Shown one piece after another: positions 33,344-39,817 of a stretch of DNA of 64,000 nt. The stretch comes from an uncultured delta proteobacterium (GTDB taxonomy: Bacteria > Desulfobacterota > WTBG01 > CAIYCZ01): NCBI GenBank assembly GCA_963803975.1, contig CAWDOY010000020.1, forward strand, positions 17,088 through 81,087. Direction: 5' to 3'. The position numbers and the translations under genes are program-made. Each line of letters begins with the position of its first letter. The stretch's first letter is position 1. A model generated the notes under the pieces. It worked only from the letters and a program-made list of their open reading frames with translations. It searched no databases and was not told where the DNA came from.

Positions 33344-34068
33344 AAAAATAGGTCATCCTGTTTTTGGCAATGTTATCGGTAAAAACATATTTTGCACCTT
33401 TGGTTGCAGAACCCTTTGCAGGAATTATCTCGTCATTGAGTTTCACATATTCTCCATCCGCTGCCTCTGCACGCAGGATATTAAATCCTGCATTGTCTAT
33501 CTCTGATTCTGTTACCCATTCAAGTTTTACGCGGCTGTTGCTTGCCTTGGCAGTGAATAATGATAACTCTATAACGGTGGGAGTAAATGGATCGGCGCAA
33601 CCACCACCACCACCAAACATATCACCATCAAAGTCAATTTTGATTGCGTTGGCACCTGGGCAAACAAGATTTGCATTAAGGTCTGTACTCTTGCCATATT
33701 CTAATGTCCAGTCTCCACTGCTGGAAAAATTTGAGTTGTAGAAACATTAGCTGGATAAGCCGGAATAATACATGGATAAGGAATACACTCATAATTGGGT
33801 GGGTCATCACAACCTGTATAACAAGTGCCTTCTGAGCTTCACTACCTGTGAAAAAAACCAAACTGGTGCTACCCACACCAGCATAAATATTAAAAGTTAT
33901 ATCACAGCGTCCTCCGATTATATGAGTCTTTGTGACATCTGTGCGGAAATCTGTTGTTGATGTTTCAATTCTAAACAATCTATCCTGCGTAAAGTCATCA
34001 ATAACTACTGCCTGGGCAAATCCTGCTGCACAAAAAATAATAGCTGCTGCGAGTAATAGTTTCTTCAT
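33344..34068 (-). CDS. Secreted protein B: signal peptide, variable domain, conserved C-terminal domain (frameshifted; last ~30 codons deleted)
   Basis: MKKLLLAAAIIFCAAGFAQA signal; PTVIELSLFTAK...WVTESEIDNAGFNILR...KNRMTYFY then breaks. Confidence 0.75.
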
Positions 34069-34130
34069 GCGTCCTCCCCCGTGAGTTAAAATTCGTTGTC
34101 AGTTCTGTTTTAATAGACCTACTGTTTTGA

Positions 34131-34244
34131 TTACTGATACGTTGGGCAAGGACTTGGTGAACAGGTCTGTGCAGGTCCAAGCATCTCTATAATTTCATCT
34201 TCTGAATAGGTGATTACTTTGGGTGCTTCATATTCTTTTTTCAT
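34131..34244 (-). CDS. 37-aa RiPP-precursor-like peptide, copy P3: MKKEYEAPKVITYSEDEIIEMLGPAQTCSPSPCPTYQ
   Basis: Manual translation; AGAGGA RBS. Confidence 0.85.
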   Translation of the reverse strand: MKKEYEAPKVITYSEDEIIEMLGPAQTCSPSPCPTYQ

Positions 34245-34276
34245 GGGTAATTTCCTCTCTTAAATTAATTTATTTT

Positions 34277-35159
34277 TTACTTATCAAATATTCCAAGCAT
34301 AAACTTCGGCGTTGCGCTTATCGGGCCATGAGGTGTACCTACACCATTGACGTCTACATCCTCTAAAATATAGTAATACGTTTTCCTGTTCTTTGCAGTT
34401 CTATCTATATAAGAATATTTTGCTCCATCTGTTGCAGAGCCTTTTGCCGGTATCAACTCAGCATTTATCGGCATATACGTTCCCATTTCTGTTTCTGAAC
34501 GATAGATATTGAATGATACATTATCAATTTCTGATTCTGTTTCCCAATTAAGTTTTACGTGGGCATTGCTTGCCTTTGCAGTAAATGAAGATAATGTAAT
34601 TAAAGTTGTTTGCTGTGTAGCAAAAAATGCACTGTTTGCTGTATACGTAAACCGCCGTCATATGTAAAATCAGCAATATGGGCAGGCAAAGGTATATCCT
34701 TGATTTGTTTTTAACATCAACATCGCCTTCTCGCCAGATCTACCGCAACTGCTGCAAACGGTAAGATAAGAGGATCCTGTCTTGTACCCTCCGGTAGGTG
34801 TCTGTACTCTTCAACAAATATACCAAATTCTGACATGTTCTATATGTCTTTTCATGCCCAGCCAGCTGGCATAGTCAATCAATTTCAAACAATTGGTATT
34901 ACCATTATAATTGAATCCAAACGCCTGAATACCAAAATTTGTCAGCCGGTAATAGGATTGTCTGATTTGCGTCTGCTTTAATTTGACACCATCAGTGCTC
35001 CAGGCAGGTGATTGGGCTGTAGAGTAACAGTTAATCCACCCATATGTTTCCATCAGGAAAGCAGACATTTGACTCATCGATTGGAATGGGCCCAATAACG
35101 GCAAATGCCATGGTGGTGGAAAGAAACATAATCCCTAATGCAATAATAATTTTTTTCAT
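34277..35159 (-). CDS. Secreted protein A: signal peptide, variable domain, conserved C-terminal domain (frameshifted)
   Basis: MKKIIIALGIMFLSTTMAFA signal; TLITLSSFTAK...WETESEIDNVSFNIYR...YYYILEDVDVNG...HGPISATPKFMLGIFDK. Confidence 0.75.
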
Positions 35160-35188
35160 ACTATGTACCCCTCTCTATGTTTGGAAAA

Positions 35189-35311
35189 TTATTGATACGT
35201 TGGGCACGGGCTTGGTGAACAGGTCTGTGCCGGTCCAAGCATCTCTATTATTTCGTCTTCTGAGTAGGTGATTACTTTTGGTGCTTCGTAGGTTGCTTTC
35301 TTTTCTTTCAT
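35189..35311 (-). CDS. 40-aa RiPP-precursor-like peptide, copy P4: MKEKKATYEAPKVITYSEDEIIEMLGPAQTCSPSPCPTYQ
   Basis: Manual translation; GGAGAGG RBS; first gene of the array. Confidence 0.85.
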   Translation of the reverse strand: MKEKKATYEAPKVITYSEDEIIEMLGPAQTCSPSPCPTYQ

Positions 35312-35390
35312 AACTTACCCTCTCCCCTTTGCGTTTGATTGTGGTTGATATTTAGCGATATAAATCTGGATATTTTTACAGTTAATGGCA

Positions 35391-35420
35391 GTTATAATTC
35401 AAAACAATAACTAATGTCAA
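35391..35420 (-). promoter_or_regulatory. Putative sigma70 promoter of the peptide/secreted-protein array
   Basis: TTGACA-N18-TATAAC on the minus strand ~80 bp upstream of P4. Confidence 0.5.
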
Positions 35421-35649
35421 GATAAATTTTGCGACTTTATAATAACAATAAATAAAATTTAGTATAATATTGACTCCAAATATACTCTTTATTGAACGAT
35501 TTTTAAATATTTCGACTGATATTTCTCTTGAAATGATAAAAATCAGAAATAATCAAGCATATTAGATTGCGCACAATGGAGATATGTTTCATAATAAAAT
35601 CAGGTTAGTGAGCAATGCACATTCATCCCGTTTAAAATATTTTTTTAAG

Positions 35650-36501
35650 ATGCGCCTATTAATTAAAATATTCCTGATTATTTTCTTTTGTTTTACCATT
35701 GCTTTTTATGTTTTTAACAAACCCTACATGCCAGGCATTGATGCCATTACCGGAGGGACTAAAATGATAAATTCCTACAGCGCCCAGGCAGGACAAAAAA
35801 AAGAATTACCTCCCATTGATTCCGCCATACCCGCAAAGACAGAAACAGCGACCTTTGCTCTCGGGTGATTCTGGGGACCTGATTCCCGGTTCGGGAGCAT
35901 TGATGGCGTAATCAGGACGCGCGTTGGATACTCTGGCGGCACCAGGAAAAATCCCACCTACTATAGCCTTGGCGATCATACTGAGACTTTCCAGATAGAT
36001 TACGACCCTGCCAGAATAACCTACGGGCAGCTCCTGGATATTTTCTGGCACAGTCACCAGCCGGACAGGAAATCCTGGTCCCGGCAGTATATGGCGGCTG
36101 TTTTTTACCATACGGATGAGCAAAAAAAGCTGGCCCTGCAGACACGTGATCAGGAAGCCAATCGTCTGGGAACAAAAATCTATACTGAAATTCTTCCCGC
36201 GACCGCGTTTTACCTGGCTGAAGCGTATCATCAGAAATACTATCTGCGGCAGGTGCCTGAGCTGGTGAAAGAATTCTCTGTTCTGTATCCCGATCTGAAT
36301 GCTTTTATTGCGTCAACAGCCGTGTCCCGCGTGAACGGCTATATAGGCGGGTATGGTTCATTGCAGAGTCTGCAGAAAGAAGCAGCTGGCCTCGGCCTTT
36401 CGCCGGCTGGAAGTAAAAGGCTCTTTGAAATTGTTCAGGCACTGGACAAAAACAGCCGCTATGCTGCGCGCGGCAGCGCTTTCTGCCCAGTCCCTTTGTA
36501 A
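35650..36501 (+). CDS. msrA: Selenocysteine-containing peptide-methionine (S)-S-oxide reductase with N-terminal membrane anchor
   Basis: In-frame TGA (35866-35868) in ALG-U-FWG replaces the catalytic GCFWG Cys; the frame continues TRVGYSGG, DHTE, AEAYHQKYYL; selA present in the window. Confidence 0.9.
35869..35905 (+). promoter_or_regulatory. Putative bacterial SECIS element
   Basis: Hairpin TCCCG-GTT-CGGGA starting ~15 nt after the UGA. Confidence 0.55.
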
Positions 36502-36514
36502 TGCGCAGCGCTGA

Positions 36515-36829
36515 TTAAAACCTGCCGCGTTTTTTAAAGCCGCCACCACCGCCGCCTGGCCGTCCCGGCTTTCTTTCTTCATCCCGCGGCCTGGCTTCGT
36601 TTACGACAATGCTCTTGTCAGCGAGTTTGCCGCCGTTGAATCTCTCGATGGCTTCCTGGGCTTCTTTTTCAGTACCCATCTCAACAAAGCCGAAGCCCCG
36701 CGAGCTGCCGGTAAATTTATCTTTAATGATCACCGCAGACACAACTTTTCCGACTTTTTCAAAGTTTTCTTTCAGGTCTTCCTGCGTCACTTCCGGTGCC
36801 AGATTGCCGACATATAGATTCTTACCCAT
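36515..36829 (-). CDS. RRM (RNP-1) RNA-binding protein with Gly-rich tail
   Basis: LYVGNL (RNP2), RGFGFVEM (RNP1), VNEARP. Confidence 0.95.
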   Translation of the reverse strand: MGKNLYVGNLAPEVTQEDLKENFEKVGKVVSAVIIKDKFTGSSRGFGFVEMGTEKEAQEAIERFNGGKLADKSIVVNEARPRDEERKPGRPGGGGGGFKKRGRF

Positions 36830-36871
36830 AATATCTCCTTAGCTCGTAGTGCTGGTTATGGTTATTTATGT

Positions 36872-36937
36872 AAAACAAAAGCCCGTGGACCGATAGCAAG
36901 TCCATGGGCTTATAAAAAGCTTTCAAGGGCTTCTATG
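36872..36937 (-). promoter_or_regulatory. Conserved leader motif and terminator hairpin upstream of RRM gene 1
   Basis: CATAGAAGCCCTTGAAAG...AAGCCCATGGAC-TTGCTATCG-GTCCACGGGCTTTT; paralogous copy at 39272-39334. Confidence 0.7.
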
Positions 36938-37063
36938 TCATTATGAACTGTACATCCGCAACCTGCCGAATGTTATTATAAAAAAGGTATCATTAATCCC
37001 CCTGCATGTCAAATTATTATACCGTGCAGGTTTTTTCGTGTGTTTCTATAATAAAATTATGTA

Positions 37064-37332
37064 TAGTGGCTGACAAGTGTTACAACATCGTGGACACCAT
37101 GAAGTGCCAAGAGATCGAAGACTCTTTCTAATATTCTTCATAGAAAAAGGCCATAAATTTCCTGGATTCCTGCTTTCGCAGGTATGACGTAACAACTGAA
37201 ACGTGCTAAAAAAGAGGTCATTCCAGCGAAAGCTGGAATCCAGTGTTCTTGTATTGCTGCAGGGGAATCTATAAAACCTCTTGAGTCAATGCAGTTTGTC
37301 CACGATGTCGTGACACTTGCAAGTAGCCATTA
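37064..37332. mobile_element. MITE-like element with ~33-bp imperfect terminal inverted repeats enclosing an inverted REP-like pair
   Basis: CAAGTGTTACAACATCGTGGACA ... TGTCCACGATGTCGTGACACTTG; inner CTGGATTCCTGCTTTCGCAGGTATGAC (37162-37188) and GTCATTCCAGCGAAAGCTGGAATCCAG (37217-37243). Confidence 0.6.
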
Positions 37333-37337
37333 TTGCA

Positions 37338-37420
37338 CCTAACCCGGACAAGCTGGAACCAAAGCTCGCAAAGCTAAAAACACAAAATTTTCCTGATTTC
37401 TTGAGTTCCAGATTTTTAAT
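37338..37420 (+). repeat. Dispersed repeat, copy 1 (CCTAACCCGGACAAGCYGGAACCAAAG...TTCCTGATTTCTTGAGTTCCAGA)
   Basis: Both ends match the reverse complement of 44489-44620. Confidence 0.75.
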
Positions 37421-37443
37421 TCTCTTTTCAATCCAATGATTTT

Positions 37444-37668
37444 ATGACATTCAGAGAAAGCCTGTTCAGAGTGATGGCAGCGCTGTCCATCATTAACCCG
37501 GTGATTTTTTTCATCTACATAGTTGTTACGGTAGAGTTCAACCGCTCAGATCCAAAGGAATGGGCACTGCTGCTTCTTTACAGCGGCATCGTGTGCGGAA
37601 TGACCTGGGGCATTTACTGGGGCATTAAATATGGCATGGACGTTTACGCCGGGATGAAACAGCGTTGA
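37444..37668 (+). CDS. Small 2-TM membrane protein
   Basis: 74-aa ORF with two hydrophobic segments. Confidence 0.55.
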   Translation: MTFRESLFRVMAALSIINPVIFFIYIVVTVEFNRSDPKEWALLLLYSGIVCGMTWGIYWGIKYGMDVYAGMKQR

Positions 37669-37720
37669 CAGGTCAGTATCTCCTCCAGCCCTGGCAGCAC
37701 ATAAACGCTAAACTTAGCTC

Positions 37721-38118
37721 TTGCATATAGACGAAATCATGCTATACTCAATTTAACCCTTCGCTGACTTAGAATGCCAATTGTTCTTTTTCCCCCCTCA
37801 CAAGGCCTTTGTTGGCGAAGGGTTTTATCATATATAAATTTTTCCTCCATTACATCTTCATTACTCCAAGATTACCGTTTTGTAATCATCATCTCATCTG
37901 CTTGCGCTTATAAAATAATGTTATATACTCTACTCATAATAACCCCTGTTAAACCCCCCGACGGTTTCCCCCTCCATTTTCCGTCGGGGGTTTTTTATTT
38001 TTAAAGTTACGAGTGAAGGTGTCGATATGTAAACTATGCCCCCGGCACGAGAGCATATGTCATTGAACGGCCCCCCCTCCCTATTCCGTGACATACCCCT
38101 CGCCGAGGGTTTTTTATT
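37721..38118 (+). ncRNA. Three tandem candidate sRNAs, each a promoter-like motif plus hairpin with C-rich loop plus U-tract
   Basis: Hairpins 37755-37828, 37951-38002, 38038-38118; -35/-10-like hexamers at 37721-37748, 37902-37929, 38007-38035. Confidence 0.45.
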
Positions 38119-38131
38119 CAGCACCTTATAA

Positions 38132-38171
38132 AACAAACCCCTCAGAAGAAATAACCTCTGAGGGGTTTGTT
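38132..38171. terminator. Intrinsic terminator
   Basis: AACAAACCCCTCAGA-N10-TCTGAGGGGTTTGTT. Confidence 0.7.
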
Positions 38172-38249
38172 GATTTACAATCAGTGAGCTTGTTAATTTA
38201 ATAAAACATGCCCATGGTATCTAATCTCAATTCCAATCCGTTCATCACC

Positions 38250-38405
38250 TCAGCGTAGAAATGATGAAAGTTGAACTGATAACAAATTGTTATTTATCAG
38301 CATGACGGCCCTTACCAATGTTGCTGCCATGGTAATAAATCCCAGAAGAAATAAATAATCCTCTGGTGTGCTGTTGTCTCTAAAATAGGTAACTAACGTT
38401 TTCAT
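38250..38405 (-). CDS. 51-aa single-TM protein, loosely Flp-pilin-like
   Basis: MKTLVTYFRDNSTPEDYLFLLGFITMAATLV...; GAGGAG RBS. Confidence 0.45.
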   Translation of the reverse strand: MKTLVTYFRDNSTPEDYLFLLGFITMAATLVRAVMLINNNLLSVQLSSFLR

Positions 38406-38871
38406 TATTATACAATTCTCCTCTAAGTAAATTTTTACATTTGATTTTAAATAGCACTCTAAACTCGCTGCGGCCTCCAGGTATTTCACGGTATATCCGG
38501 TGAATTTCCGGCCTGTTTAAGATACCATTGATGCCGAGCGTTCCAAGTTGCTAACCGACTGACAAGACGCTAATATTTATAATTCTACCTTTTGAATAAA
38601 CCCCCATTCCTCTAAACAAAACATGGCTTCAGCAACATCCCGGCGCTGCTGTTGCAGCCGGGGAACTGGGGCCAGTCTTACGTTTAGCTTTGGTTAAAAA
38701 TTATTCTGGATGGCTATAAGAATAATTTACGTGGTGCGCGGTTCCTGACCACTCAATCGTATGCGTGGAACATGTGTTGAGGATAGTGAAGTAGATGCGG
38801 GAAGTGAACGTGCCGGAAAAACTTCAAAATAAATTATCAGGTCCTTTATTACTAATACCGGTAGCAGCAAA

Positions 38872-39171
38872 TTAATATCTGCCTCGTTTTCCAGAACCTG
38901 CTCTGCTGGTGCCGCCACGTTCCGGCCGGGGCCTGGCTTCGCTTACGGTGATCTTTTTCCCGCCCAGCTCTCCGCCATTAAATTTCAGTATCGCTTCCTG
39001 GGCGGCTTTTTCCGAAGCCATTTCAACAAATCCAAATCCCTTTGATTGGCCGGTAAATTTATCTTTAATGACTGCTGCGGAAACAACATCTCCGAACTGC
39101 TTAAAGTTGTCTCTCAGGTCTGCTTCAGTCACTTCATCGGTCAAATTACCAATAAAAATATTTTTTGACAT
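38872..39171 (-). CDS. RRM (RNP-1) RNA-binding protein
   Basis: IFIGNL, KGFGFVEM, VSEARP. Confidence 0.95.
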   Translation of the reverse strand: MSKNIFIGNLTDEVTEADLRDNFKQFGDVVSAAVIKDKFTGQSKGFGFVEMASEKAAQEAILKFNGGELGGKKITVSEARPRPERGGTSRAGSGKRGRY

Positions 39172-39271
39172 CTTGCTTCTCCTTCTTCAGTTTTTTACCC
39201 GTGTTAGTTCTTAACCGGATAGCATGGATTTTCACCCTGATCCAGGCAGTGTTTAACCATGCCGCACAAAT

Positions 39272-39334
39272 AAAAAAGCCCTCAGACTTATAGCAAGTCC
39301 GAGAGCTTTCATTGCACTTTCAAGGGCTTCTATG
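39272..39334 (-). promoter_or_regulatory. Conserved leader motif and terminator hairpin upstream of RRM gene 2
   Basis: CATAGAAGCCCTTGAAAG...AAGCTCTCGGAC-TTGCTATAA-GTCTGAGGGCTTTTTT. Confidence 0.7.
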
Positions 39335-39480
39335 CCGGATATGTACGCCCGTGCATATTAAATTCTATACAGCGTGCGTTTTTTAGTTAATAAGGAAAAT
39401 AGCACAATCCTTCCTGCCTGTCAAATTTATAATTCACACACCCACGGGCGCCCGCGTATCATTATCCATGAGAAGATATG

Positions 39481-39714
39481 CTAAGTCGCTTGAATCCTTT
39501 CAATTATCTTCTTCATCGGCTCCCGGAACACTGTGCATTGCGGGCATTTTGCCGCCATAAACTGTTTGGCCTGCTCTCGCTCCTGCTGCGGCATGCCCTG
39601 GAACATGGGCAGCCAGTCATACTCCCAGCAGTTTTTGCCGGCATCGTAAGCCGGACACTGTATGTTGTTTTTCATCATACATTCAGGATTTAATTTCGAG
39701 CACTCATTGGCCAT
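39481..39714 (-). CDS. Small Cys-rich protein (CPA...NCWE...CxxC)
   Basis: Six Cys in 77 aa; GGAGAGG RBS. Confidence 0.65.
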   Translation of the reverse strand: MANECSKLNPECMMKNNIQCPAYDAGKNCWEYDWLPMFQGMPQQEREQAKQFMAAKCPQCTVFREPMKKIIERIQAT

Positions 39715-39817
39715 AGCACCCTCCCCTATTTATTATTTATACATGGAACACTGAGAAACAATTTTTCTAACCCCGATCCCCAAATCCCTAACCCCGATTA
39801 ATGCCTCTATCCAACCA

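Noticed and set aside
34131..34244. Classical lasso peptide precursor
   Set aside because: The leader fits, but the core lacks the Asp/Glu acceptor needed for the macrolactam and no cyclase or peptidase is adjacent.
32186..35311. CRISPR array, integron attC array or DGR explanation for the ~1-kb periodic repeats
   Set aside because: The repeats are >100 bp, protein-coding with synonymous variation and not palindromic. The intervening segments are full genes, and no cas, integrase or reverse transcriptase gene is in the window.
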